64,000 bases of DNA, from the NCBI GenBank assembly GCA_041661265.1, contig JBAZUT010000001.1:65854-129853 (forward strand). Direction: 5' to 3'. The notes under the pieces are model-generated. The model saw nothing but the letters and a program-made list of their open reading frames with translations. It was not told the origin of the DNA and made no database searches. The translations under genes were made by a program, and so were the position numbers. The stretch is from Minisyncoccota bacterium. GTDB taxonomy: Bacteria > Patescibacteriota > Minisyncoccia > JAHIHE01 > JAGLIN01. Positions 48,290 through 56,730 of the stretch are shown here, piece after piece (positions within the stretch are counted from its first letter, which is position 1; each line of letters starts with the position of its first letter).

Positions 48290-48657
48290 CAAAAGACCAA
48301 CGAAGAGGTGATCTCGTGACGGGAATAATAGTCATAGAAGAACATATGGATCAAAAACAGAAAAGCGCGCTGGAAAAGATAACACCGATAGCGGAAAAAA
48401 TGGGATTTTCTTTGCAACATTTTTTCTACCACGACGGATCGAGATGGGAACTGACCAGATACGGCGACAATATCAGCGGAAAGATCTCCAGATTTTTCAA
48501 AATTGGCAGCAATAATGTGGTTCGGTATCATAAAGATACGAATACCATCGAAATAATTCTGAGGGATCCCCGCCTGGAGGAAAACGTAAAAAAACTATCC
48601 GAAATCCTGATCAGGGAAGGCTACGACGTGAAAATTATAACAGACTTCCTGAAATGA
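48280..48657 (+). CDS. Hypothetical protein
   Basis: ORF track. Confidence 0.3.
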   Translation: MAVTKDQRRGDLVTGIIVIEEHMDQKQKSALEKITPIAEKMGFSLQHFFYHDGSRWELTRYGDNISGKISRFFKIGSNNVVRYHKDTNTIEIILRDPRLEENVKKLSEILIREGYDVKIITDFLK

Positions 48658-48745
48658 AGACGAATGGAGCAAAGACTCCATTTTTTTTCAGCAATTGCGC
48701 CTCTTGGATATTTACTTTTTCCCATAATTCCTCTAGACTTGAGAT

Positions 48746-49753
48746 GTGAACATTAATCGGAAATTAGCGATAAATATGGCAAAACAACCCCAAAAAAGCA
48801 AAAGATTCGTATGTTTCGGAGGCGGAAGCGCCATGCCCAAAGTGGTGCTGGAACCCCTTCGGAAATATTCGTCCGAGATCACTTCGATAACTTCCATGGT
48901 GGATAATGGCGGATCGACGGGACAGCTCCGCGAGGATTTTGGAATTCTTCCGCCGGGAGACATAAGGCGCCATATACTGGCGCTCTCAAAAGCGCCTCAA
49001 TGGAAAAAGGATCTTCTTTCCTTCAGATTCGGACGCGAAGTCTTTGACGGCGGGCACAAAGGCCACAATTTTGCGAACGTGTTCATGGCCGGATTGGAGC
49101 ATATCACGAAAGATTATGAAAAAGTTCTCGATATTATCCATGAATTCATGGAAGTTGAAGGAAGGGCTCTGCCGGCGACCATACAAAATACGCAATTGCT
49201 TGCTATTCTTGAAAATGGAGAAATAGTCAAGGGAGAGGATGAAATAGATATCCCGAAGACGCACAATCCAAGCATCAGAATAAAAAACATCTATCTGGAT
49301 CCCGAGGTTGATGCATATGAAAAATCCCTTGAGGCGGTCGCAAAAGCAGACGTTGTCATAATAGGACCCGGGGATCTTTATTCTTCCTCGCTCCCCTGCT
49401 TTCTCATGAAAGGAATGAAAGAGGAAATTGTGAAGAGCAAGGCAAAGAAAATTTTCGTCTGCAACATAATGACAAAGCTCGGAGAAACGAACGAATTCTC
49501 GGTTTCGGATTTTTCAGACGAAGTTGAGAAATATCTCGGATGCGAACTTGACCATGTCATATACAACTCAAAGATCCCTTCCGAACAGAGGATCATGGAA
49601 TATAAGAAGAAGGAGCCGACTACGCTGAATCTCGTGAAGATAAACGGGAATCTTGATGAGAACAAGTACATCGGAAGAGATATCCTTGCGGACAAAGGAC
49701 CGCTCCATCATGACGCCGAAAAGTTGATAAAAATGATCATCGATATTTCATAA
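48746..49753 (+). CDS. YvcK/CofD-like (UPF0052, gluconeogenesis factor / 2-phospho-L-lactate transferase family) protein
   Basis: FGGGSA...VDNGGSTGQLR...GDIRR motifs. Confidence 0.7.
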   Translation: MNINRKLAINMAKQPQKSKRFVCFGGGSAMPKVVLEPLRKYSSEITSITSMVDNGGSTGQLREDFGILPPGDIRRHILALSKAPQWKKDLLSFRFGREVFDGGHKGHNFANVFMAGLEHITKDYEKVLDIIHEFMEVEGRALPATIQNTQLLAILENGEIVKGEDEIDIPKTHNPSIRIKNIYLDPEVDAYEKSLEAVAKADVVIIGPGDLYSSSLPCFLMKGMKEEIVKSKAKKIFVCNIMTKLGETNEFSVSDFSDEVEKYLGCELDHVIYNSKIPSEQRIMEYKKKEPTTLNLVKINGNLDENKYIGRDILADKGPLHHDAEKLIKMIIDIS

Positions 49754-49771
49754 ATCTAATCTTTCAAACAC

Positions 49772-51055
49772 ATGCAGGCAATAATTTTGGCAGCCGGAGA
49801 ATCCTCGAGATTCTGGCCGCTATCGGAAAAAAAACACAAATCGCTCGTAAAGATCGTGGGAAAATCATTGATCGAGTGGACGATCGAATCCTTGGGAAGA
49901 GCGAATATCAAAGATATCATAATAATCCAATCTCCCAGCGCAGAGCTTGAAAAACATCTCGGAGACGGTTCGGCTTTTGGAGCTAACATCTCCTATCGGG
50001 TGCAAAAAGAAGCCAAAGGGATGGGAAATGCGGTCATGCTTGCAGAGCCTCTCATCAAAGAAGATTCTTTTTTTGTTCTGAATCCATATGCATTCAATGC
50101 AGAGGATTTCATCGCCCTGATGTCGGCAAAACAGAAGGATTCCGGCGCGAAAATGGTACTGCTGGGAGTGAAAACCGACAAGCCTTGGAACTATGGAATG
50201 CTCGGCCTGAAGGAAGACAAGGTCGTTTCCATAATCGAAAAACCCCTCCAGGGACAGGAACCTTCGGACGTAAAAGCGACGAATATTTATCTCCTTCCTA
50301 AAGAATTCTTTGATTATTACCGCAAAGTGGAAGAGCAGACATATGCTTTTGAAGATGCGCTTTCGCTGTATATGAAAGAGAATGATGTGCGTCTCGTGAT
50401 GAGCGAGAACGACACTCCGAGCCTGAAATATCCCTGGGACCTTTTCAAGATCAATGAGATCATAATGAACACGCTGATAAAAAAGAAACGCGTTTCCAAA
50501 ACCGCCAAAGTCTCGAAAAGCGCGATCATCGAAGGACCGGTCTGGATCTGCGACAACGCCATTGTTTTTGAACATGCCGTCATCAAGGGCCCGGCCTATA
50601 TCGGAAAAGGATGCATAATCGGAAATAACGCCCTGATAAGAAAATATACGGACCTTGAGGATGGAGTCCTTGTCGGAGCGAACGCCGAAGTGACAAGAAG
50701 CATTTTCCAGCCATTGAGCCATATCCATAGCGGATTTTTTGGGGATTCCATAATCGGCAACAATGCAAGGATCGGTGCAGGTACGATCACAGCCAACGTC
50801 AGAATGGACCGTAAAGAGATACAGCCTACGGTCAAGGGAGAAAAGGTTGAAACCAAGCTTACTTCCCTGGGTGCCGTTATCGGCGACGATACTCATCTCG
50901 GAACCGCAGTGAACACCATGCCCGGAATATTGATCGGAGCGGATTCAAAGATCGGCCCGAATTCGCTCATAAGAGAGAACGTACCGAGCGAAACCGTCTG
51001 CTACACCGAATTCAAAAATATAGTGAAAAAGAACACCAAAAACAAGGAAGTATAA
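49772..51055 (+). CDS. Bifunctional sugar-1-phosphate nucleotidyltransferase / left-handed beta-helix acetyltransferase (GlmU-like)
   Basis: N-terminal AIILAAGESSRFWPL NTP-transferase motif; C-terminal hexapeptide repeats. Confidence 0.6.
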   Translation: MQAIILAAGESSRFWPLSEKKHKSLVKIVGKSLIEWTIESLGRANIKDIIIIQSPSAELEKHLGDGSAFGANISYRVQKEAKGMGNAVMLAEPLIKEDSFFVLNPYAFNAEDFIALMSAKQKDSGAKMVLLGVKTDKPWNYGMLGLKEDKVVSIIEKPLQGQEPSDVKATNIYLLPKEFFDYYRKVEEQTYAFEDALSLYMKENDVRLVMSENDTPSLKYPWDLFKINEIIMNTLIKKKRVSKTAKVSKSAIIEGPVWICDNAIVFEHAVIKGPAYIGKGCIIGNNALIRKYTDLEDGVLVGANAEVTRSIFQPLSHIHSGFFGDSIIGNNARIGAGTITANVRMDRKEIQPTVKGEKVETKLTSLGAVIGDDTHLGTAVNTMPGILIGADSKIGPNSLIRENVPSETVCYTEFKNIVKKNTKNKEV

Positions 51056-51073
51056 ACGCGAGCATCGGCCAGA

Positions 51074-51102
51074 CTTGACTTATAGAAAATTGCCTGCTAA
51101 TA
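51074..51102 (+). promoter_or_regulatory. Sigma70-like promoter TTGACT-17-TAATAT upstream of the Zn-ribbon gene leader
   Basis: Direct read. Confidence 0.4.
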
Positions 51103-51158
51103 TTGTCTTATGATAAATATTTATACAAAATCTGATTTGAATTGGTGGCCGGACAGCG

Positions 51159-51230
51159 TTTAGGCTGTTTTGGTGTTTTATTATATTTTGATATAAATAA
51201 ATTACAAAGCAGCTTAAAGGCTGTTTTTTG
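51159..51230 (+). promoter_or_regulatory. Attenuator-like leader: motif tttaggctgttttggtgtt, 30-nt spacer, hairpin aagcagc/ggctgtt plus T6, then SD and ATG
   Basis: Motif and hairpin repeated at 51835..51900. Confidence 0.4.
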
Positions 51231-51246
51231 TTATGGAGGAATATTG

Positions 51247-51477
51247 ATGAAACAAATGCTTATTGAAAAAACAAAAAAAGGCATCTCCACAAATAAAACC
51301 GGACTATCCGAATGCGAAGAATCACCTGCATGTCCCGCATGCGGTCACAGACTCCAATCTCAGGAAAATCACACTTTCTCAAAAAAAGTCATGTGGTTCT
51401 GCGATAACGACAATTGCGGGGAGAATTCATTCATGAGGATAAAAATGGGAAATAAATTCTTTCTCATAAAACCATAG
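51247..51477 (+). CDS. Small zinc-ribbon protein (CPACG...CDNDNC)
   Basis: Internal Met start with GGAGG RBS. Confidence 0.4.
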   Translation: MKQMLIEKTKKGISTNKTGLSECEESPACPACGHRLQSQENHTFSKKVMWFCDNDNCGENSFMRIKMGNKFFLIKP

Positions 51478-51490
51478 GAGGTGATGGGTC

Positions 51491-51706
51491 ATGGAATGCA
51501 TGGAAGCTCTGGAAAAAAACGGTGAGTATGAAATTGCGGACAAAAGCAATTTTTGTCCGAGATGCGGCACTGAAACAAAAGAGACAGATGAATGCTCGCC
51601 ACTCGGAAATAAACGCCTTTGCAAAAAGTGCGATCTGATATTTATCAAAGAAATATTCATCGATTGCATAAATAAAAAAGCGAAAATAAAGCTGAAAAGC
51701 ATATAG
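51491..51706 (+). CDS. Small zinc-ribbon protein (CPRCG...CKKC)
   Basis: ORF track, RBS aggaggtgatgggtc. Confidence 0.4.
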   Translation: MECMEALEKNGEYEIADKSNFCPRCGTETKETDECSPLGNKRLCKKCDLIFIKEIFIDCINKKAKIKLKSI

Positions 51707-51834
51707 GGGATGGAAAATGCATCCCCTATCCGATTTAAAACTATCCGATTCTTAGATAATAATATATTAATTGAATTTATGTTAATTAAGAAAATGAATT
51801 TAAATCTATCATCAAGCTGGCAAACCCAAAACAA

Positions 51835-51900
51835 TTTAGGCTGTTTTGGCGTTCTCTTGAAATAGTTTGAGTGCACTCCGAAGCAGCAAAAAGGCTGCTT
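51835..51900 (+). promoter_or_regulatory. Second copy of the leader motif (tttaggctgttttggcgtt) plus hairpin aagcagc-aaaaa-ggctgctt upstream of gene 51924..52799
   Basis: Direct read. Confidence 0.4.
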
Positions 51901-51923
51901 AAAAAAATCAGGAGGAAAACAAA

Positions 51924-52799
51924 ATGGAAACAAAAATAATCGGAAATTGGGAAATGAAAATTTCGTCGCACTCAGAAATATTTCCCGAAAAAGCTATCAA
52001 AGAACTGCTGAAACTCATTGAAAAATGGGCAAAGGTTTTTCCGAAAGAAAATACATGGGTTCAGAACAAATTTCGAATACCTTCTCTGTTCATAAGAATC
52101 GACTGCGTAATAAACAATGATAATCTGTTTATCTATGAAATAGAAGAAAGGCCAGCTGGAATGGGCATTTGTTCAAAGATCAATGCTGAATTCTGCGAAA
52201 GATTAAACGAAATAAAGCTGAAGTGGCCAGAGTTTAAATTGATCATTTCTCCGCTACGAGAAAAGGGAGATGATAATCTTTGGCTTATGCCTTTAGAAAA
52301 TGACCTTGACAGCTTAGTGCTAGTCAGAGCAGAGCCGAGTGAAAAAAACTTTCACATATTTCAGGAAAGATCTGTCAGTACCGTCGCGAAAAAGGGAAAT
52401 AAAAGCTATGGAGTGCACCTTGAACTCTGGAAAGAGGCCAATGATGTCAGTCAGTTGCCATGGAACAACGACTTCGTTCTTAAGCCATTAGTGGGCAGCA
52501 AATGTAAAGACGTAGTAATCTTCCTGGCTAAAAAAGATCAGGGAATTAAGGGCTATTCAACCAGAAATCAGGTTGAAAGAATGATGAGAAACAATGCTAA
52601 AATGTATATACAGCCATTCATTGCACCCATGAAATGCCCGATACCTCAATTCAAGGAATATGCCATGATGTATAGATTTTTTTTCGGATATGATCCATCG
52701 ACATCAAGATATATTCCATTGGGAGGAGCATGGATAGCACGAAAGAACTTAAAAATCCACGGCACACCAGACGCATTATCCGGACCATTGGTGTTCTAG
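51924..52799 (+). CDS. Hypothetical protein (possibly ATP-grasp-like; weak)
   Basis: ORF track, strong RBS aggagg. Confidence 0.4.
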   Translation: METKIIGNWEMKISSHSEIFPEKAIKELLKLIEKWAKVFPKENTWVQNKFRIPSLFIRIDCVINNDNLFIYEIEERPAGMGICSKINAEFCERLNEIKLKWPEFKLIISPLREKGDDNLWLMPLENDLDSLVLVRAEPSEKNFHIFQERSVSTVAKKGNKSYGVHLELWKEANDVSQLPWNNDFVLKPLVGSKCKDVVIFLAKKDQGIKGYSTRNQVERMMRNNAKMYIQPFIAPMKCPIPQFKEYAMMYRFFFGYDPSTSRYIPLGGAWIARKNLKIHGTPDALSGPLVF

Positions 52800-52913
52800 G
52801 AAGCAGCGAGATGCCAAACAAGGAATAAAAACAATATATTTTTATTCCTTGTCTCATATTTTATATTGTTAAAATTTATGTTAATATTAAATTAACTAAA
52901 CTCAGACATCAAT

Positions 52914-54020
52914 ATGCAAATGGAAATAACAGAACTTATCAAAAAACTGATAGAATTCAAGACGGTCAATGGCAAAAATGATGAATTTGCAGCCTGCATC
53001 TGCTTTATTAAGGATTATTTCAAACCCCAGATCGAGTCGGGAAAGATATACGTCGTTGAATATGAAAAGAATGGCCTGCATTCCATCGTTTTTTCAAGCC
53101 AAAAAAACATAAAACCGGACATTATTCTGAACGGACATATCGATGTTGTCAATGCGGAAGAAAAAGATTTTACACCTATTATTAAAAGCGGTAAACTTTT
53201 TGGAAGGGGCGCGGCGGATATGAAAAGCCAGATTGCGACATTGATGCATATTTTCAAAAATATTGTCGAAAGCGAAGAAAAAAAGTCCGTTGCTCTCATG
53301 CTTACCTCCGATGAGGAACTTTCAGGAGGAAACGGAGTTGGTTATCTTTTAAATGAAATCGGATACAGATGCAAAGTTGCCATAGTTCCGGATGGCGGAC
53401 ATAACTTCGAAATGATCGTCAAGGAGAAAGGCGGATTCTGGATAAAGGTTTCAGCGAGCGGAAAATCCGCGCACGGCTCAAGAACATGGCTAGGTGAAAA
53501 CGCCGTCCTGAAGCTCATGACGTTCTTTTACGAACTTGAGGAAATATTTCCGCCACTTAAAAAAACCAAAAAACTATATCAGGATGGGGTTTCAATAAAT
53601 CTCGGGGTAATGAACGGAGGAAAAAGCATAAATAGCGTTCCGGACCGCGCAGAGATGTTCCTTGATATCAGGTATTCGGAAAAAATGCACAAATCGGAGA
53701 TAATAAAAACATTGAAAAAATTAAGTAAGAAACACAAATTGAAGTTTGAAGTAACTGATGTCGTAGAAATGCTGGAAACCGACCCCCAAGATCCATATCT
53801 TAAAAAATTCAAAAATATAGCTCGCAAAACCATCTATAAACCCATTGTGATCACAAAAGCCTCGGGCGCATCGGATGCAAGATTTTTTTCAGCGAAAGGA
53901 ATCCCCGTGATCATCATGACGCCCAACTGCGGTAATAAGCATGGAAAAAACGAATGGGTGGAAATAAAAAGTATTGAAAAATTCTATGACATATTAATAC
54001 GATTCATTAACGAAATATAA
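52914..54020 (+). CDS. M20 family metallopeptidase (ArgE/DapE-like)
   Basis: HIDVV, GAADMKS, DEE..G motifs typical of M20. Confidence 0.7.
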   Translation: MQMEITELIKKLIEFKTVNGKNDEFAACICFIKDYFKPQIESGKIYVVEYEKNGLHSIVFSSQKNIKPDIILNGHIDVVNAEEKDFTPIIKSGKLFGRGAADMKSQIATLMHIFKNIVESEEKKSVALMLTSDEELSGGNGVGYLLNEIGYRCKVAIVPDGGHNFEMIVKEKGGFWIKVSASGKSAHGSRTWLGENAVLKLMTFFYELEEIFPPLKKTKKLYQDGVSINLGVMNGGKSINSVPDRAEMFLDIRYSEKMHKSEIIKTLKKLSKKHKLKFEVTDVVEMLETDPQDPYLKKFKNIARKTIYKPIVITKASGASDARFFSAKGIPVIIMTPNCGNKHGKNEWVEIKSIEKFYDILIRFINEI

Positions 54021-54024
54021 ATCT

Positions 54025-55017
54025 ATGACAAATCAAACAGGAAAGAGAGTTTTTAGCGCGATCCAGCCTTCAGGAGAGCTTCACATCGGAAACTATCTTG
54101 GAGCATTGAAGAACTTCATTAAACTGCAAAATGAATATGAATGCTTTTTTTTCATTGCCGATTATCATTCGATCACTGAAAATTACGATCCGAAAGAAAA
54201 ACCGAAACAAATCATGAACCTGGCCTTGGATATGCTTGCCGCCGGACTCGATCCGAACAAGTGTACAATTGCCATCCAATCCCAGATCTGCGAACATGCG
54301 GAGCTGGCTTGGATATTCAATACGATCACTCCGATGGCCTTTCTGGAGAGAATGACGCAATACAAGGATAAGGCGCTCGCGCAAAAACAGAACGTAAACG
54401 TCGGGTTGTTCGACTACCCCGTGCTTCAGGCTGCCGACATTTTGATCTATAAAGCGGATCTTGTCCCCGTAGGACAAGATCAGGTTCAGCATGTTGAGCT
54501 TACAAGGAATATTGCCAGGTTTTTCAATAATAAATTTGGAAAGACATTTCCGGAATCAGAGCCGATTCTGACCGAAACGCCAAAAATCATGTCTTTGATC
54601 GATCCAACAAAAAAAATGAGCAAGTCACACGGACCGAAAACTTACATAGGCATAAATGACGAACCGAAAAATATAATAGACAAAATAAAGAAAGCAACGA
54701 CGGACATGGGAACGACGGGAGAAATGACGCCCGCTTCAAAAAATTTGTTTCTCCTCATGGAGATCTTCGGGAAAAAAGAACATTATAATGAGTTCCTGGC
54801 TCAGCACAAGAACGGCACCATAAAATACAGCCAATTCAAGGAAACCCTTGGGCAGGACATCGCGGACTATTTCACTCCATTCAGGGAAAGACGGAAAGAG
54901 CTTGAAGCAAAACCGGATGAAGTGAAAAAGATCCTCGCCGAGGGAGCGGAAAAAGCAAGAAAGATCGCACATGAAACCATGAAAGAAGTAAAAGAAAAGA
55001 TCGGACTGGTTATTTAA
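54025..55017 (+). CDS. trpS: Tryptophan--tRNA ligase
   Basis: HIGNYLG (HIGH) and KMSKS motifs. Confidence 0.9.
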   Translation: MTNQTGKRVFSAIQPSGELHIGNYLGALKNFIKLQNEYECFFFIADYHSITENYDPKEKPKQIMNLALDMLAAGLDPNKCTIAIQSQICEHAELAWIFNTITPMAFLERMTQYKDKALAQKQNVNVGLFDYPVLQAADILIYKADLVPVGQDQVQHVELTRNIARFFNNKFGKTFPESEPILTETPKIMSLIDPTKKMSKSHGPKTYIGINDEPKNIIDKIKKATTDMGTTGEMTPASKNLFLLMEIFGKKEHYNEFLAQHKNGTIKYSQFKETLGQDIADYFTPFRERRKELEAKPDEVKKILAEGAEKARKIAHETMKEVKEKIGLVI

Positions 55018-55034
55018 ACATTGATAAAAAAAAG

Positions 55035-55062
55035 AGATTGCATTTTATTATGCAATCTTTTT
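55035..55062. terminator. Bidirectional terminator (agattgcat-tttatt-atgcaatct, flanked by A- and T-runs) between trpS and gene 55061..55438
   Basis: Direct read. Confidence 0.6.
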
Positions 55063-55381
55063 ATATATTTTTTCGTTCTATCTTTTTTGTTTTTTTTATT
55101 TCCTTCAACCGCTTTTTCCCTTCTTCGGTGATGATGATCGGACGCGCTCTGCCATTTTTGACCTCCCTGATCTCGCCCCGGCCTATCAACCCGCGCTGTT
55201 CTGTCCGCAGTATTATAGCTGCGACATTGTTGCCCATCTTTCCTCCAAGGATCTTCAGAAGATCAAAGTATATCACTTCACTTCCGCTTCCCCTGATCTC
55301 TTCGACCGTCAAAAGCGTATCTTCAATTCCTTTCTCCAATTCACCAGGTTCAATTTCGAGAGACAGCTCGTACATTTGCAT
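55061..55381 (-). CDS. Small winged-helix-like protein (module 1 gene; start at MQMYELS)
   Basis: ORF 55061..55438 trimmed to the internal Met preceded by AGGAGG. Confidence 0.45.
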   Translation of the reverse strand: MQMYELSLEIEPGELEKGIEDTLLTVEEIRGSGSEVIYFDLLKILGGKMGNNVAAIILRTEQRGLIGRGEIREVKNGRARPIIITEEGKKRLKEIKKTKKIERKNI

Positions 55382-55440
55382 TCCTCCTCTTCCACACTCT
55401 TTTATGATTTTTTTAAACAGGCAAAATTTTTTGCCCATAA

Positions 55441-55466
55441 AAAAATAATCCCGACTTTCGGGATTA
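55441..55466 (-). terminator. Module 1 intrinsic terminator/attenuator (aatcccg-aaagt-cgggatt plus T8 on the minus strand)
   Basis: Conserved in all three modules. Confidence 0.6.
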
Positions 55467-55547
55467 CTCTTTTATAAACGTAAAATTAAAAATATTACCG
55501 GTTTGCACGTGTTTTCTCCTGCTTCTTTTTGACATGCCGTATATCAT
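55464..55547 (-). CDS. Conserved 27-aa small ORF (MIYGMSKRSRRKHVQTGNIFNFTFIKE) ending inside the terminator stem
   Basis: Manual translation; paralogs in modules 2 and 3. Confidence 0.4.
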   Translation of the reverse strand: MIYGMSKRSRRKHVQTGNIFNFTFIKE

Positions 55548-55577
55548 TCTTTGTAATTATTTTACTCTTGATATCAA

Positions 55578-55605
55578 GGATATCACACATATACATTTAT
55601 GTCAA
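55578..55605 (-). promoter_or_regulatory. Module 1 sigma70-like promoter TTGACA-17-TATCCT
   Basis: Direct read on the minus strand. Confidence 0.5.
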
Positions 55606-55674
55606 CAGTGTGACCCGGGAACGGAAAATCCGGATCTATGCCGAAAAAGCATATCACTGCGGCATATGACCAGA

Positions 55675-55704
55675 AACGAAAAAAATAAGAGGCTTTTGCC
55701 TCTT
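55675..55704 (-). terminator. Terminator of module 2 gene (aagaggc-tttt-gcctctt plus T-run on the minus strand)
   Basis: Direct read. Confidence 0.5.
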
Positions 55705-55997
55705 TAGTACATGCCGGGGATATTCCCGGATCTTATTATTTCTTCTCCTTGCTGCGTTATGACGACTTGCCTTGCCATTATTTTCGGCGTCACTTCCGTC
55801 AATTCGCCGGTATATCCGATCAGTTTCCTCTCTTCGAGAAAATCCACCAATTCCGAGGCGTTGCCTTCCTCGATGGAAAGTTCGCTTGCGAGTAACCTAA
55901 CAAGATTGCTCCGCCACATGAATTTATTCCGCCCCATTAATCCCTTGAGCTTTTTGATCGCTATCTTTTCACAATCCTCTTTTTTATCTTTCTTCAT
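55704..55997 (-). CDS. Small winged-helix-like protein (module 2 gene; paralog of the module 1 gene)
   Basis: ORF 55704..56045 trimmed to an internal Met; C-terminal similarity to the module 1 protein. Confidence 0.4.
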   Translation of the reverse strand: MKKDKKEDCEKIAIKKLKGLMGRNKFMWRSNLVRLLASELSIEEGNASELVDFLEERKLIGYTGELTEVTPKIMARQVVITQQGEEIIRSGNIPGMY

Positions 55998-56047
55998 ACT
56001 GTACCTCCTGGCAAACTTCACACATGAACGAATGTTTTCGCTCATAA

Positions 56048-56073
56048 AAAAACAATCCCGACTATTGGGATTA
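56048..56073 (-). terminator. Module 2 intrinsic terminator/attenuator (aatccca-atagt-cgggatt plus T-run)
   Basis: Direct read. Confidence 0.55.
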
Positions 56074-56151
56074 CTTTTTTATGAATGAAAAATAAAAATA
56101 TCCGGTTTGGGAAAATCTTTTTCTGTTCCTTTTTGGCATCCCGTATATCAT
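56071..56151 (-). CDS. Conserved 26-aa small ORF (MIYGMPKRNRKRFSQTGYFYFSFIKK)
   Basis: Manual translation. Confidence 0.4.
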   Translation of the reverse strand: MIYGMPKRNRKRFSQTGYFYFSFIKK

Positions 56152-56182
56152 TCTTCAAAATTATTTTTTACTCTTAATGTAA

Positions 56183-56210
56183 AGAATACCACGTGCAGAT
56201 ATTATGTCAA
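56183..56210 (-). promoter_or_regulatory. Module 2 promoter (TTGACA-18-TATTCT with TGg extension)
   Basis: Direct read. Confidence 0.45.
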
Positions 56211-56247
56211 CAGCGCTATCCACAAAAAAGAAAGAGGGAGTTTGATA

Positions 56248-56487
56248 TTATTTTATCAACTCCCATTTTAGCAGTTCATTCCAATATTTCGGACAGGCGG
56301 ATTCGAAAGGGATCCTCAGGTCAGCTTCTTTCCTGCAGCCGGGATTGGGTGAATAGTTGCCGCAAGTCCAGCAATAACCCCCGCAAAGCACCGGAATTTG
56401 AGGACTCTCCCCCAGTGATCTCCTTGTGAAAGCCCCGTCCAAGCCGGGAATGAGAACTGCTTCTCCGGACATTTCATACATGGACAT
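56248..56487 (-). CDS. Small Cys-rich protein (MSMYEMSGE..., CGGYCWTCGNYSPNPGC), module 3 gene
   Basis: ORF track; N-terminus paralogous to the module 1 gene (MQMYELSLE). Confidence 0.4.
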   Translation of the reverse strand: MSMYEMSGEAVLIPGLDGAFTRRSLGESPQIPVLCGGYCWTCGNYSPNPGCRKEADLRIPFESACPKYWNELLKWELIK

Positions 56488-56532
56488 ATTCTTCTCCTCC
56501 TCTTCGCATCAGATAGACAATTTATGTCTATA

Positions 56533-56559
56533 AAAAAATAATCCCGACTTGCGGGATTA
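56533..56559 (-). terminator. Module 3 intrinsic terminator/attenuator (aatcccg-caagt-cgggatt plus T-run)
   Basis: Direct read. Confidence 0.55.
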
Positions 56560-56640
56560 CTTTTCTATGAAATATAAATTTGAAAATTCAAACAAAGGGC
56601 GTAGCGGCTTCTTTACCTTCTTTTTTATTCTTGTTTCCAT
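56557..56640 (-). CDS. Conserved 27-aa small ORF (METRIKKKVKKPLRPLFEFSNLYFIEK)
   Basis: Manual translation. Confidence 0.35.
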   Translation of the reverse strand: METRIKKKVKKPLRPLFEFSNLYFIEK

Positions 56641-56672
56641 TACATTCAAGCTAGTCGTTATTTCTATCCGTA

Positions 56673-56701
56673 ATTATCCTACTTTTGAAAATCAGTGTCA
56701 A
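56673..56701 (-). promoter_or_regulatory. Module 3 promoter TTGACA-17-GATAAT
   Basis: Direct read. Confidence 0.5.
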
Positions 56702-56730
56702 TAGCGGAGAATGCACATCCCAAAACAATC

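Noticed and set aside
54025-55017. T-box leader upstream of trpS
   Set aside because: The gap between the M20 peptidase stop (54020) and the trpS start (54025) is only 4 nt, leaving no room for a leader.
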